The notes: generated by a model from the sequence alone, not told the origin. 32,000 nucleotides of DNA from Synechocystis sp. PCC 6803 substr. PCC-P (GCF_000284455.1 NC_017039.1:2460001-2492000); one strand, 5' to 3'. Positions 1 to 11,292 are shown, counted from the first letter of the stretch. Program-made: numbers and translations.

Positions 1-37
1 TTCACGACTATTCCCCCTATATTTTAGAAATCATAAG

Positions 38-1381
38 TTAACTAATAGACAAAAATTCTTCTGCTACAATATGGGGAATAATTAAACAATGACGCCCTGT
101 AATACGAGCCGTATCTCCCCGCAAAATAATACCAGCGGCAACGTCATCAATAACCCAACTACCAACCATGTAATGGTAGTCAAATGCTTGGGGCAATTCG
201 ATATATTCCTGGATAATAAAGCCCTCTTCACCATAGCCATAGGTTGGCCGTTTTTCCACTGCCCCAGCCCCTAACTCAATCGAAACACCGATGCCTTCCA
301 TGCCTAAAAGGGGCTTACGAACGTGTAAACCTTCTAGTAATAGGCGGGTTGCTTCCAGGGAAATATCGCTTTCAAAATAGGTGGGCAGGAGATATTCAGC
401 ATACTCACTATCTTTAAACTGTTGCCAAATTAAAGCCATGGTTCCTTTATTAGATAAAATTTGCTTCCATAAAGGTTCAATAACTTTTGCATCTCCTACG
501 GCTAAGCGTTGCGCTAAGGCTTCAGTGCAACCAGCATTGGCCATATCATTTTGCAAATCTGACCAGTCATACATTTTCCACAAAATTGGAATTCTTTCGT
601 TGGCATGGTCAATGAAATAACCATCTTCATCCAAACCTAATCCTCTCTGCATTAGTTGACCCCGTTCATCTTCTAAGCCCCGTAAATAAACCAATTGGGT
701 GTAAACATTTTCATCCACTTCATCGTGGAGAATTTGGATTAATTGCATGGCCATTTCACTGTCTTCTTCCAGTTGCTCATCCACCAGAAAAGAAATGCCG
801 GTGCGGAGTAAATCATATTCTTCATAAATCCTGCGCCATTGCCCAGCTGTTCTTTCCCAATATTCATTAAACTGACTGGCATTGGCTGGTAAGGCATAGG
901 CCCCTTGATTGTGGTTGCGTTGGTAATCCACTAACCAATTCCATTGGTAAACGGTTTCTGCTCCTAATAGCGGGGTTTCTCCATTAATTTCAATCAATTT
1001 AATCTGACCATCTTCGGTGACTACTAGATCGAAACGGGTAGCTAAACTCAAGTCTTCCACCGGGTCGGTGCGATGCCAACTTTTTTTCAGAGCAGGCCAA
1101 TATTCAGGGCGAATTTTTAACTGGGCTAACCTTGCGTCAACGGCGGAATCATCATCTTCATCGAAAAACCAGTCCAGAAATTCCACACACATTTGCCAAA
1201 GTTTTTCACTCGCAATGGCGATCGCCGTTTCTTCTTGGGGGCTGAATTGGATGGCAAAGGGTTGGGGCAGGGCTTCCACCCAGTATTTTTGAGCTGGATC
1301 ACTGAGCACATCCGCTTGGTAAGCATTGTCCTGGATATGCTGGCGCCAGCGGGGACGACGACTAATTTTTATCGGTTGCAT
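38..1381 (-). CDS. Glutathionylspermidine-synthase-like ATP-grasp protein (stand-alone synthetase domain, YgiC/YjfC type)
   Basis: 447-aa ORF. The segment LIEINGETPLLGAETVYQWNW resembles the conserved LLEYNADTP...YE...QW core of the GSP_synth family. Its size fits the stand-alone homologues that lack the amidase domain. Its ATG overlaps the stop of the upstream ORF (TAATG at 1379-1383). Confidence 0.75.
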   Translation of the reverse strand: MQPIKISRRPRWRQHIQDNAYQADVLSDPAQKYWVEALPQPFAIQFSPQEETAIAIASEKLWQMCVEFLDWFFDEDDDSAVDARLAQLKIRPEYWPALKKSWHRTDPVEDLSLATRFDLVVTEDGQIKLIEINGETPLLGAETVYQWNWLVDYQRNHNQGAYALPANASQFNEYWERTAGQWRRIYEEYDLLRTGISFLVDEQLEEDSEMAMQLIQILHDEVDENVYTQLVYLRGLEDERGQLMQRGLGLDEDGYFIDHANERIPILWKMYDWSDLQNDMANAGCTEALAQRLAVGDAKVIEPLWKQILSNKGTMALIWQQFKDSEYAEYLLPTYFESDISLEATRLLLEGLHVRKPLLGMEGIGVSIELGAGAVEKRPTYGYGEEGFIIQEYIELPQAFDYHYMVGSWVIDDVAAGIILRGDTARITGRHCLIIPHIVAEEFLSIS

Positions 1382-2130
1382 TATTTGCCTCCCCGGCCAG
1401 TGCCTTTAAAAGTAGAACCGAAACCCTTATTACTACTGCGGCCAGAAATAGTGCCTTTAGCAGCGGTACCCGATGGCCTAGGGGGAGCGGGGGCAGTGAC
1501 AGCTTTGGAAGTAGAAACTTTGCCTGTGGTGGTGCGGGGCACAGAGATGCCATTGGGGGTAATCAACTGATCCGGGTTTGTCCCCCGATAGACAATGGAT
1601 GGTTGCAATACCCGCTGCTGCACACCGCCGGAATAAATATAGGTGTAATTATTGCCGTAGGGGTAAAAGTAAGCTCCGCCAAAAACCGGACGATAACCGC
1701 TCGTGTGGTAGCCACTGGGGGTAGGCTCACAGATTACCCTATCGGTTTGACAATCGGCTCGACTGCCGTAAACCGGGGCATTCCGTTGATGTTCCGCCTG
1801 GGCCGCTTTCATTTGGGCTTCGCAGTCCTCCGGGCGAATGGGGGGAGGGGTAGGGGCATTGGGTAATTTGCCGGCTTTATGGGCTTCCGCCAAGACTTTA
1901 TACTCATTGGCCTGATTGGCCATATCAGTTTTGCATTCCGCCACACTGGTGTAGTAAAGGGCTTCAATTTTTTCGTTACTTCCCCCACCACTACCCTGAT
2001 TGGTTTTGGGGTTATTGCCTTTGCAACTGGTGCTCACCATGGCCAACACCGCCACCATCGCTAGATATTGCCTAACCTGTTTACGATAAATAGGCCGAGA
2101 AATATTACCGGGGAAATGATTTGGTTCCAT
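1381..2130 (-). CDS. DUF1190-like (YgiB/YjfM-like) putative lipoprotein
   Basis: 249-aa ORF. The N-terminal hydrophobic segment ends in ...VSTSC, a possible lipobox. It has paired Cys motifs (YYTSVAECKTD, PEDCEAQ, RADCQTDRVICEP) and a Gly/Ser/Thr/Pro-rich tail ending GFGSTFKGTGRGGK. This architecture parallels E. coli YgiB as I recall it, and the gene sits directly upstream of a YgiC-like gene, as in enterobacteria. Confidence 0.6.
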   Translation of the reverse strand: MEPNHFPGNISRPIYRKQVRQYLAMVAVLAMVSTSCKGNNPKTNQGSGGGSNEKIEALYYTSVAECKTDMANQANEYKVLAEAHKAGKLPNAPTPPPIRPEDCEAQMKAAQAEHQRNAPVYGSRADCQTDRVICEPTPSGYHTSGYRPVFGGAYFYPYGNNYTYIYSGGVQQRVLQPSIVYRGTNPDQLITPNGISVPRTTTGKVSTSKAVTAPAPPRPSGTAAKGTISGRSSNKGFGSTFKGTGRGGK

Positions 2131-2352
2131 GGCGATCGCCGGGTCACACAGTAATGATGGAATTATTGTATTGAGATTTTCTCGGAATAAACTAATTGGT
2201 AAAAATTATTTACGAAAGAATCATGAAAATTAGCTAATTTCAGCGCCATTGGGACCAAATGCGATCCTTCAATGGGGTTGATTAGAGGACAGGGATTGTT
2301 AAGCTAAGGAAATATGGACTGCCAAATTGTCATTCAATCTTGAGAAAATATC

Positions 2353-2835
2353 GTGCTAGACGAACAAGCAAAGAAAACCCTCCTGCGTAAAATTCCCCAC
2401 GGCCTCTACGTCTGTGGTGTTAAGTCCGGAGAAGAAGCCAATGGTTTCACCGCCAGTTGGGTAATGCAGGGTTCCTTTGAGCCGCCCCTGGTGGTTAATT
2501 GCGTGCGCACTGATTCCATTTCCCATCGGCTGTTACAGGAAAGTGGCCAGTTTGCCCTCAGTTTTCTGGCGGCGGACCAAAAAGATGTGGCGGCGCAATT
2601 TTTTAAACCCCAACGGCGGGTGGGGGACAAGTTTGAAAATTTTGATGTGCTTGATGCCCCCGAAACCGGTTGTCCTGTGCTCAAAGACTGTCTCGGTTAT
2701 GTGGAGTGTCGGGTGGTAGGGTCTGTGGCCCACGGCGATCACACCGTTTTTGTCGGCGAAGTCATTGGAGCCCAGGTTTTTAATGAAGGAGATCCCTTAT
2801 TACTAGAAAGCACTGGCTGGAACTACGGCGGTTAG
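2353..2835 (+). CDS. Flavin reductase-like domain protein (DIM6/NTAB family)
   Basis: 160-aa ORF with a GTG start. GLYVCGVKSGEEANGFTASWVMQGSFEPPLVVNCV matches the typical flavin_reduct signature (..mTaSw...vS.dPPlv.v.v). Confidence 0.8.
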   Translation: MLDEQAKKTLLRKIPHGLYVCGVKSGEEANGFTASWVMQGSFEPPLVVNCVRTDSISHRLLQESGQFALSFLAADQKDVAAQFFKPQRRVGDKFENFDVLDAPETGCPVLKDCLGYVECRVVGSVAHGDHTVFVGEVIGAQVFNEGDPLLLESTGWNYGG

Positions 2836-2901
2836 TTGGAACGGGTTTAACGGGCCAACCTAGTCCTCTGATTGTGGTGGGAAAAGTATGTAAAAGTTGC
2901 G

Positions 2902-4152
2902 TCAATCCCCCACCGCTTCTAACCATTGTTCTTCACTGCCATTAAGTAAATGCTCGGCTGCTTCCATGAGGTCGGGCATTAACTCTTTAATGTCTTTTTT
3001 ATTTTCCAGATAGGTTTTGAGGGCCACCAGGGGATCAAGGGCGGAACCTACTCCCAATTCTGGCAACCGTGGCCGGGCCAACTGGCTAACCAGTTCTGGA
3101 CGGATGGTGTAGGAATGGCTCGGCTTTAAAGCCTCCTGTAATTTGCGGTTATCGATTTGTTCTAGCTGTTCAGAACGAATTTGGTAAATTAGCCGCACCA
3201 CGGCATTGTCAATGGCTGTTTTGGCGATCGCCATTAATAATTCCCCTTGGGGATCCGTCGCTTCCGTCACATCTACTTTAATGGTTTTAAAGGGGCGAGC
3301 GGGCAGGGGACAGAATTGCCAATCTACTTTTCCTTTACTAATTTCTAGCCAAATATAGCCTTTGTCTTCCTTTTCTTCGCCAAAGTCCACCCGCTCAATG
3401 CTACCGGGATAAACAATGGGGGGATTATTGTGGGGATTGAGATTTTGATGTTTATGGACATGGCCCAGGGCAACGTAATCAAATTCCGGCCGATTAATCA
3501 AAGCCAGGGGAATGGTAAAGCCCTTGCCCACGGACAGGGTTTTTTCCGCCCCAAAGGTGGCCCGGTCCGCCATTAAATGGGCCAACAAAATAGTGGGTAA
3601 TTGGGGATCTAAACTCCGAATTTCCCCTTCCAAAATGGGCTGTAACTTTTTCAGCAACAGCAAATTAATCGCTTCCAAGGATAACCCCTCCGTTTCCGGC
3701 CGGGTTAGGAGAGTCGAACGGGTTAACCAAGGCAAGGTAACAATCTGTAGATCTCCATTGGCGGTGGGAATTAAATGGGTGGCCAGGCGATCCCCAACGA
3801 TGAAACCGGGCACAGCCAGGGTGCGATAGATACATAAACTAGCTCCTCCACTGCCCTGGGAATGTTGGTCATGGTTGCCCACCAATAACACTGTGGGAAT
3901 ATCGGCATCGGCTAAACGGCGAAATTCGGCGGCAAAGGCTTCCTGCACATAGGGGGGCGGAGTGGCATCGGGGAAAGCATCCCCCCCAAATAGCACCACA
4001 TCGGCGGGTTCGGCGATCGCCCGGTCAATGCACAGCCGTAAACTCTGAATGAAATCCTCTAACCTCGTATTTAACCCCGTGGCCGGATTAATGTGCCCAT
4101 GGGAAAAACCACTGCCCAGGTGAATATCAGAAAGATGCAGGACTTTTAACAT
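2902..4152 (-). CDS. sbcD: SbcD/Mre11-type nuclease (calcineurin-like metallophosphoesterase)
   Basis: 416-aa ORF. It carries the N-terminal MLKVLHLSDIHLG, GDAFP, GNHD and GHVH phosphoesterase motifs in canonical order, plus a C-terminal capping-domain-length extension. No sbcC lies adjacent. Confidence 0.85.
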   Translation of the reverse strand: MLKVLHLSDIHLGSGFSHGHINPATGLNTRLEDFIQSLRLCIDRAIAEPADVVLFGGDAFPDATPPPYVQEAFAAEFRRLADADIPTVLLVGNHDQHSQGSGGASLCIYRTLAVPGFIVGDRLATHLIPTANGDLQIVTLPWLTRSTLLTRPETEGLSLEAINLLLLKKLQPILEGEIRSLDPQLPTILLAHLMADRATFGAEKTLSVGKGFTIPLALINRPEFDYVALGHVHKHQNLNPHNNPPIVYPGSIERVDFGEEKEDKGYIWLEISKGKVDWQFCPLPARPFKTIKVDVTEATDPQGELLMAIAKTAIDNAVVRLIYQIRSEQLEQIDNRKLQEALKPSHSYTIRPELVSQLARPRLPELGVGSALDPLVALKTYLENKKDIKELMPDLMEAAEHLLNGSEEQWLEAVGD

Positions 4153-4169
4153 GGCAATGACTCTCCAAC

Positions 4170-4197
4170 AAAAAAAGGGAAGACCTCTAGTCCTCCC
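4170..4197 (-). terminator. Intrinsic terminator of clpC
   Basis: The minus strand reads GGGAGGAC-TAGAG-GTCTTCCC, an 8-bp stem with one G-U pair, followed by TTTTTTT. It lies 35 nt after the clpC stop. On the plus strand the same stem would contain an A-C mismatch, so the structure is minus-strand specific. Confidence 0.75.
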
Positions 4198-4232
4198 TTC
4201 ATCCTATGGTAATGGCCCGCTGGGGGACCTAA

Positions 4233-6698
4233 TTATTCAACGCCGGGGGCAATCAGTTCCCTCGTTTCACCGGGGATGACCACCACTTGGTTGTCTTCAC
4301 CAATGTCCACCAGCGCTTGGCTACCTTCCTTGAGGCGGCCGGAAAGAATTTCTTCGGCTAACACGTCTTCCAACAGGCGCATAATGGCCCGACGGAGGGG
4401 ACGGGCACCGTAGGCTGGGTTGAACCCTTCTTCCACAATGCGCTCCTTGAACTTGTCGGTGACCTGGAGAGAAATTTCTTTTTCCACCAACCGGGCAAAC
4501 ACATCCCGTAGGAGAATTTCCGAAATTTCCTTGACTTCCTCCTTGTTCAATTGGCGGAAGACGATAATTTCATCCAAACGATTCAAGAACTCAGGGCGGA
4601 AGTAGTTTTTCAACTCTTCATTCACCAAGGAACGAATGCGATTGTACTGAGACTCCGCTTGGTCATCGGCAAAGTCAAAGCCCAAACCACCGCCACCTTT
4701 TTCAATTACCTTGGAACCAATGTTGGAGGTCATGATCAACAGGGTATTTTTGAAATCCACTGTGCGACCCTTGGCATCGGTGAGGCGACCATCTTCCAAA
4801 ATTTGCAGAAGCATATTGAAGATGTCGGGGTGGGCTTTTTCAATTTCGTCGAACAGCACCACCGTGTAGGGACGGCGACGTACTGCTTCCGTCAACTGAC
4901 CGCCTTCGTTGTAGCCCACATAACCCGGAGGGGAACCAATTAATTTGGAAACGGTGTGTCGTTCCATAAATTCCGACATATCCAGACGGATCATGGCTTC
5001 CTCGGAACCGAAGAAGTAAGCCGCCAGAGCTTTGGTCAACTCGGTTTTACCTACCCCAGTGGGACCGGAGAAAATAAAGCTGGCAATGGGACGGTTGGGA
5101 TTTTTCAGCCCGACCCTGGCCCGACGGATAGCGCGGGAAACGGCCTTAACCGCATCTTCCTGGCCAATTAACCGTTGATGGAGGGTATCTTCCATATGCA
5201 ACAGTTTTTCTGACTCGGATTCCGTTAGCTTGTTCACCGGCACCCCTGTCCAGGAGGCGACGATGTGGGCAATTTCTTCGGAGGTCACTTCCGGCTCGCC
5301 GTTATCCCCTTCCGCTTTTTTGGAAGAGGCGATCGCCCGGATTTGTTTTTTAATTTCGTCTTCCCGGTCCTTGAGTTCCCCGGCTTGCTCGAAGTCCTGG
5401 TTGCGGACAGCATCATCTTTTTCTTTAAGAATCTGTCGCAATTCCTTGTCCAACTCCTTGGCGGCGGGGGGCAATTGGGAATTAATCAACCGCACCCGGG
5501 AACCAGCTTCGTCAATTAGATCGATCGCCTTATCGGGCAGGAAGCGGTCGGAGATGTAACGGTCGGAAAGTTTGGCGGCGGCTTCCAGGGCTTCGTCCAA
5601 AATTTTCAGTTTGTGGTGCTGTTCGTAACGTTCCCGCAGACCGTAAAGAATCTCGATGGTTTCTTCCACGGAGGGTTCCCCCACCATCACCGGTTGAAAA
5701 CGACGCTCCAGGGCTGCGTCCCGTTCAATGTGTTTGCGGTACTCATCCAGGGTGGTGGCACCAATACATTGCAATTCTCCCCGGGCTAGGGCGGGCTTGA
5801 GAATATTGGCAGCGTCGATCGCCCCCTCGGCGGCTCCGGCTCCGATTAGGGTATGAACTTCGTCAATCACCAGGATGATGTTACCGGCTTGGCGGATTTC
5901 ATCCATGATTTTTTTCAGCCGTTCCTCAAATTCCCCCCGGTATTTAGTGCCGGCCACCAATAGACCGATGTCCAGGGTGACGACCCGTTTTTCTTCGAGG
6001 ATGTCGGGAATATCTTTGTTGGCAATGCGCTGGGCCAAACCTTCGGCGATTGCCGTTTTACCAACCCCCGGCTCCCCAATCAGGACGGGGTTATTCTTGG
6101 TGCGGCGGCCGAGGATCTGAATCACCCTCTCAATTTCTTTTTGGCGACCTACCACCGGGTCTAACTTCCCTTCGGCGGCCATCTGGGTGAGGTTAGAGCC
6201 AAACTCATCTAAGGTAGGGGTTTTGGTGCGACCACCACTGCCACCACCGGCAGCTACTTCGGCCGTTTCTCCCAACATGCGGATCACCTGGGTGCGGACT
6301 TTGGAGAGATCAACCCCAAGGTTTTCTAGGACCCGAGCAGCTACCCCTTCCCCTTCTCGAATCAGACCCAACAGCAGGTGTTCGGTGCCAATGTAATTGT
6401 GACCCAGTTGCCGAGCCTCCTCAAGGGAAAGTTCCAGCACCCGCTTGGCCCGGGGAGTAAAGGGGATTTCCACGGCCACAAAGCCCGATCCCCGCCCGAT
6501 AATTTTTTCTACTTCGATGCGGGCATCTTTGAGATTAACCCCCATGGATTTGAGAACCTTGGCGGCGACGCCAGTCCCTTCGCCAATCAAGCCGAGCAGA
6601 ATTTGTTCCGTGCCAACGAAGTTATGTCCGAGGCGACGAGCTTCCTCCTGAGCAAGCATGATTACTTTAATGGCTTTTTCTGTAAAGCGTTCAAACAT
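4233..6698 (-). CDS. clpC: ATP-dependent Clp protease ATP-binding subunit ClpC
   Basis: 821-aa ORF. It has a duplicated Clp_N repeat ([12 protein letters not shown]...), two Walker A motifs ([16 protein letters not shown]) and a UVR-like linker. The sequence matches cyanobacterial/plastid ClpC, recalled as sll0020. Confidence 0.97.
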   Translation of the reverse strand: MFERFTEKAIKVIMLAQEEARRLGHNFVGTEQILLGLIGEGTGVAAKVLKSMGVNLKDARIEVEKIIGRGSGFVAVEIPFTPRAKRVLELSLEEARQLGHNYIGTEHLLLGLIREGEGVAARVLENLGVDLSKVRTQVIRMLGETAEVAAGGGSGGRTKTPTLDEFGSNLTQMAAEGKLDPVVGRQKEIERVIQILGRRTKNNPVLIGEPGVGKTAIAEGLAQRIANKDIPDILEEKRVVTLDIGLLVAGTKYRGEFEERLKKIMDEIRQAGNIILVIDEVHTLIGAGAAEGAIDAANILKPALARGELQCIGATTLDEYRKHIERDAALERRFQPVMVGEPSVEETIEILYGLRERYEQHHKLKILDEALEAAAKLSDRYISDRFLPDKAIDLIDEAGSRVRLINSQLPPAAKELDKELRQILKEKDDAVRNQDFEQAGELKDREDEIKKQIRAIASSKKAEGDNGEPEVTSEEIAHIVASWTGVPVNKLTESESEKLLHMEDTLHQRLIGQEDAVKAVSRAIRRARVGLKNPNRPIASFIFSGPTGVGKTELTKALAAYFFGSEEAMIRLDMSEFMERHTVSKLIGSPPGYVGYNEGGQLTEAVRRRPYTVVLFDEIEKAHPDIFNMLLQILEDGRLTDAKGRTVDFKNTLLIMTSNIGSKVIEKGGGGLGFDFADDQAESQYNRIRSLVNEELKNYFRPEFLNRLDEIIVFRQLNKEEVKEISEILLRDVFARLVEKEISLQVTDKFKERIVEEGFNPAYGARPLRRAIMRLLEDVLAEEILSGRLKEGSQALVDIGEDNQVVVIPGETRELIAPGVE

Positions 6699-7070
6699 AA
6701 TCTAAATCCATCACCTCAGCGTGCCCTGTGTATTGCTGATTCTAACATAGCGCTTTTATTGTGCTGTTGCCCTGGGTACAGCCGTGGGTGTAGGTTTAGC
6801 GGTGGAATGGCGAACTGCGTCTGTGGGGTTTTCCTCACCTCAACCGCCATAATCCTGTGCCCAGATTCCCTGTTTTTGACCCCGACAGTTAACAGAATCA
6901 GTGGACATAGAGCAATGGGTGATCCCCGTTTTGATTAGTTAAATTTCAGTCAAACTTAGTGAAATTATCAGAAATATTTTGGCGATCGCCTGATGACCCG
7001 CTAAAACTAACCAGAATCCCCCACCATCCTTGGGTAAATAATTCCGGTCAAAGTTGAAGCCAACTAGACT

Positions 7071-8255
7071 TTATGGCCGAGTAGCCACACAGGCGCTATT
7101 TTCCAACACCGTCCGCCGGGCCCATTGATCCGCTGCCAAAATTGTTTCTAAATCAGGGCTAGCAGTATTTTGACCAACGTAGAGGTCACAGGTCTTTTCA
7201 ATCAGACGGGGAATATCCAAAAAGCTAATTTTTTCTTGCAAAAATAAAGCCACCGCCTGTTCATTGGCCGCATTTAACACCGCTGGCATGGCTCCCCCAG
7301 CTCGCCCGGCCCCATAGGCCAATTGCATGCAGGGATATTTATCGTGATCTGGCTCCCGAAAACTCAAGCTACCGGCTTTAACTAAATCCAAAGGTTCCCA
7401 GTCGGTGTAAATTCTTTCTGGCCAAGATAGGGCATAGAGCAACGGCAAACGCATATCAGGCCACCCCAGTTGAGCTAGCACAGAAGTATCCTGCACCTCA
7501 ATTAAAGAATGAATAATGCTTTGGGGATGAATGACAATGTCTATATGATCGTAGTCCAAGCCAAATAGATAATGGGCTTCAATCACCTCCAAACCCTTGT
7601 TCATCAATGTGGCGGAATCAATGGTGATTTTTTGTCCCATAGACCAGTTGGGATGTTTGAGGGCATCCTGTACTGTTACAAACGGTAATCTTTCCACCGG
7701 CAAGTCCCGGAATGCTCCCCCGGAAGCGGTGAGAATGATCCGCCGTAACCCCCCTTCGGGAACCCCCTGTAAACATTGAAAAATGGCTGAATGTTCTGAA
7801 TCCGCCGGCAATAACTTCACCCCCATTTTTTCCACCAGGGGTAACACCACCGGAGCTCCGGCAATTAACGTTTCCTTATTGGCTAAAGCAATATCTTTCC
7901 CGGCGGCGATCGCCGCCATGGTGGGTAATAATCCCGCACAACCGACAATACCTGTGACCACACTTTCTGCATCACCATAACGGGCCACTTCCACCACCCC
8001 TTCTTCCCCCACCACGTACATGGGTTGGTAATCAGTTAGTTCGGCCACTGCTGCTTTTAGGTCCTCTAACTTTTCTGCCTGACGAATCGCAACAATCTCT
8101 GGGCGAAACTCCGCCACCTGTTGGGCTAGTAATGCAACATTTCCCCCAGCCGCTAAACCGACCACCTGAAAAGCATCAGGATGATGGGTAACAATGTCCA
8201 GAGTTTGGGTACCAATGGAACCGGTGGAGCCGAGGATAGAAATGCGTTTCACCAT
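7071..8255 (-). CDS. dxr: 1-deoxy-D-xylulose 5-phosphate reductoisomerase
   Basis: 394-aa ORF. It has an N-terminal [19 protein letters not shown]-binding motif, [10 protein letters not shown] and NKGLEVIEA motifs. Confidence 0.95.
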   Translation of the reverse strand: MVKRISILGSTGSIGTQTLDIVTHHPDAFQVVGLAAGGNVALLAQQVAEFRPEIVAIRQAEKLEDLKAAVAELTDYQPMYVVGEEGVVEVARYGDAESVVTGIVGCAGLLPTMAAIAAGKDIALANKETLIAGAPVVLPLVEKMGVKLLPADSEHSAIFQCLQGVPEGGLRRIILTASGGAFRDLPVERLPFVTVQDALKHPNWSMGQKITIDSATLMNKGLEVIEAHYLFGLDYDHIDIVIHPQSIIHSLIEVQDTSVLAQLGWPDMRLPLLYALSWPERIYTDWEPLDLVKAGSLSFREPDHDKYPCMQLAYGAGRAGGAMPAVLNAANEQAVALFLQEKISFLDIPRLIEKTCDLYVGQNTASPDLETILAADQWARRTVLENSACVATRP

Positions 8256-8319
8256 TACCGCCGTTGCTTAAGCTAAAACTAATCTTCCCAATCTTACGGG
8301 GTTGCCGCCCATCTGAGAA

Positions 8320-8353
8320 GAAAAAACTCCCCCAGGATTGAACCAAGGAGGAG
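8320..8353 (-). terminator. Probable intrinsic terminator of the aldolase gene
   Basis: The minus strand reads CTCCTCC-(13 nt)-GGGGGAG followed by TTTTTTCTT, about 64 nt after the stop at 8417. Confidence 0.5.
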
Positions 8354-8416
8354 CAAAATTATTTATTCTCTTGTTTTTACTAAGGCAAAACTTAGAAACG
8401 AAAAATTAACTTCAAT

Positions 8417-9496
8417 CTACACAGCAACGGAGGTGCGGGAGGTGGCGGTTAATTCACCTTTGGCATATTTAGCGGCGTAGTCATCCAAGGTCAATTGCTT
8501 GATTTTAGAGGCATTGCCAGCAGTCCAGAACTGTTGATAGCGATCGGCACAAACCTGCTTCATATATTTGATAGAAGGCTTGAGGAAGTGACGGGGATCA
8601 AAGTTCTTGGGATCTTTAGCAGCGGCTTCCCGGAAAGCGGCGGTGATGGCTAAGCGATTATCGGTGTCGATGTTTACTTTACGTACACCACTCTTGATGC
8701 CTTTTTGAATTTCTTCCACGGGCACACCATAGGTTTCGGGGATAGCACCACCGAATTCGTTGATCATGTCGATCCATTCCTGGGGAACGGAGGAAGAACC
8801 GTGCATTACCAAGTGGGTGTTGGGCAGCAGGCGGTGAATTTCTTCAATGCGGCTGATGGCCAAAACTTCACCGGTGGGTTTGCGGGTAAATTTGTAGGCA
8901 CCATGGCTGGTACCGATCGCCACAGCGAGGGCATCCACCTGGGTTTTGTTGACGAATTCCACTGCTTCTTCGGGATCGGTCAACAGTTGGGAGTGGTCTA
9001 ACTTCCCTTCAAAACCGTGGCCGTCTTCAGCTTCCCCTTGACCAGTTTCCAAGGAACCTAAGCAACCCAATTCCCCTTCTACACTGGCCCCAACGGAGTG
9101 GGCTACTTTAACTACTTCAGCGGTTACATTAACGTTGTACTCAAAGCTAGCGGGGGTCTTGGCGTCAGCTTCCAAGGAACCGTCCATCATCACACTGGTG
9201 AAACCGTTGCGGATGGCGGAATAGCAAGTGGCGGGGCTATTGCCGTGGTCTTGGTGCATGGCAATGGGAATGTGAGGATAGGTTTCGACCGCCCCCAAAA
9301 CTAAATGGCGCAGGAAATTTTCCCCAGCGTAGCTCCGGGCACCACGGGAAGCTTGCAAAATTACAGGGCTGTCGGTTTCATCAGCGGCCTGCATGATCGA
9401 AATGATCTGCTCCATGTTGTTGACGTTGAAAGCGGGAATGCCATAACCATTTTCCGCCGCATGGTCTAACAGCAGTCTCATTGGTACAAGAGCCAT
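8417..9496 (-). CDS. fbaA: Fructose-1,6-bisphosphate aldolase, class II (Calvin-cycle type)
   Basis: 359-aa [30 protein letters not shown]... with HQDHG and GTSHGAYKF motifs. Recalled as cbbA/sll0018. Confidence 0.96.
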
Positions 9497-9562
9497 AAAT
9501 CCTCCTAAGTTCTATTGCCTAATGGGTATTTGGGTCGCAAGACAATTCTTTATATGGGTCTC

Positions 9563-9591
9563 ATCTTAGGCTAGTTTCTGCGCCTTGACAA
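9563..9591 (-). promoter_or_regulatory. Candidate sigma70-type promoter for the aldolase gene
   Basis: The minus strand reads TTGTCA-17 nt-TAAGAT about 70 nt upstream of the ATG. A TAGGAGGA Shine-Dalgarno sits just before the start. Confidence 0.4.
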
Positions 9592-9779
9592 TTTTTAACG
9601 ATCTTTTTTGTCCTGCCCCAAGGAATTTGTGCTAGGGCATTGAATTCGACCCGTATTTTTACCCCCACCCTAGTCTATGGCTGAGTTAACCAAGTCCAGG
9701 ATGGGGGAAGGTTTTGGGTAATCAAGTTGGGGTTCTATATCTCTTCCCCCCGGCAATAGGCGATCGGGGATCAAACAGT

Positions 9780-11081
9780 TCAGAGAGTAGCAAATACTTC
9801 CTTAGCGACGGCAATGGTCTGATCGATCTGTTCTTGGGTGTGGGCTAGGGAAGGAAAACCCGCTTCATACTGGGAAGGAGCTAGATAAATCCCCCTTTCC
9901 AACATACCCCGATGGAAACGGGCAAATTTATTGGTGTCGGCCAACTTAGCATCTTCATAGTTTCTGACAGGGCCAGGAGCAAAGAAAATTCCAAACATGG
10001 CACTGATGGAACCGCCACAAACTTCATGGCCCGCATCCTGAGCCGCAGCTAGTAAACCATCCACTAGCCGTTTGGTGATCTTATCCAAATATTCGTAGGA
10101 TCCTGGCTTTTGCAGAATTTCCAGGGTTTTAATACCCGCCGTCATGGCCAACGGGTTGCCGGACAGGGTACCCGCTTGATACATGGGGCCGGCTGGAGCC
10201 ACCATGGCCATAATTTCTTCCCGACCACCATAGGCTCCTACTGGTAAACCACCACCGATCACCTTACCGAGGGTAGTCAAATCGGGAGTAATGCCAAACC
10301 GGGCTTGGGCACCACCGTAGGAAACCCGAAAACCTGTCATCACCTCATCAAAAACCAACAGAGCACCATACTCCTTGGTCAGTTCCCGTAAACCTTCCAA
10401 AAAGCCCGCATCGGGGAGGATAAAACCGGCATTACCCACCACTGGCTCGAGAATTACCCCGGCAATGCTGTCAGGATTTTCCACGAACAGAGCTTTAACC
10501 GCCTCTAGATCGTTATAAGGAGCAGTCAATGTTGCTTTAGTTGTGTTACTGGGCACCCCAGGGGAATCCGGTAAACCGAGGGTCGCCACCCCAGAACCAG
10601 CTTTGACCAAGAACATATCGGCGTGGCCGTGGTAACAACCCTCAAATTTAATGATTTTTTCCCGTCCAGTGAAGGCCCGCATCAAGCGCAAAACGGACAT
10701 ACAGGCTTCGGTACCGGAGTTGACAAACCGTACCATTTCAATGCTAGGCACAGCATCAATGACCATTTCCGCCAGTACGTTTTCCTGGGCACAGGGAGCA
10801 CCAAAACTGGTGCCTTTATCCAAAGCTTGTTTGAGGGCGCTGATTACATCGGGGTGAGCGTGGCCACAAATGGCCGGCCCCCAGGTACCCACATAGTCAA
10901 TGTATTGATTACCATCTACGTCCCAAATCTGAGCCCCTTCTACTCGGTCAAAAACAATGGGCTGGCCGCCGACGGACTTGAAAGCTCTTACCGGGGAACT
11001 GACACCACCGGGCATTAAATGTTGAGCGGCGGCAAAAATCTCTTCTGATTTAGTGGTAATAAAAGGGGTTGCGTTAACCAA
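9780..11081 (-). CDS. hemL: Glutamate-1-semialdehyde 2,1-aminomutase
   Basis: 433-aa ORF. It has the class-III aminotransferase fold sequence, with FDEVMTGFR and the [11 protein letters not shown] lysine motif. Confidence 0.96.
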
Positions 11082-11292
11082 TTCGCGTCTCCTTAGGGTG
11101 TAAAGACTGGCTATGGGAATTTATTGAACCTGTGCCCACATCAAAAAAACAGACGGGGAGAACTCCACTCTACAGAATTTTGGTGCTCCATTGAACAAAC
11201 TTCTGACACACTAGCTGGGAACCTAGAGTCCTTGGTGAGAGTTTGGGCAATTTATAGCTGTTAACCTCCATTTGTTTGGGCCAAGACTCTGA

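Noticed and set aside
1193-1570. 125-aa plus-strand ORF spanning the junction of the two left-edge genes, and other short ORFs at 89-2064
   Set aside because: They lie opposite two well-supported minus-strand genes. The composition is Pro/Gly/Leu-rich, which is typical of antisense artefacts.
2628-2648. GTTTGAAAATTTT inside the flavin-reductase gene, which resembles the IS terminal repeat GTGTTTGAAAAGTTTT
   Set aside because: It lies in-frame within conserved coding sequence (DKFENFD). It has no partner repeat or target duplication and is most likely coincidental.
6378-6938. 186-aa plus-strand ORF overlapping the clpC 5' end, and other antisense ORFs within clpC (4420-6651)
   Set aside because: They lie antisense to a certain clpC frame. 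The translations are Pro/Ser/Arg-rich, as is typical of reverse-frame read-outs, and resemble no known family.
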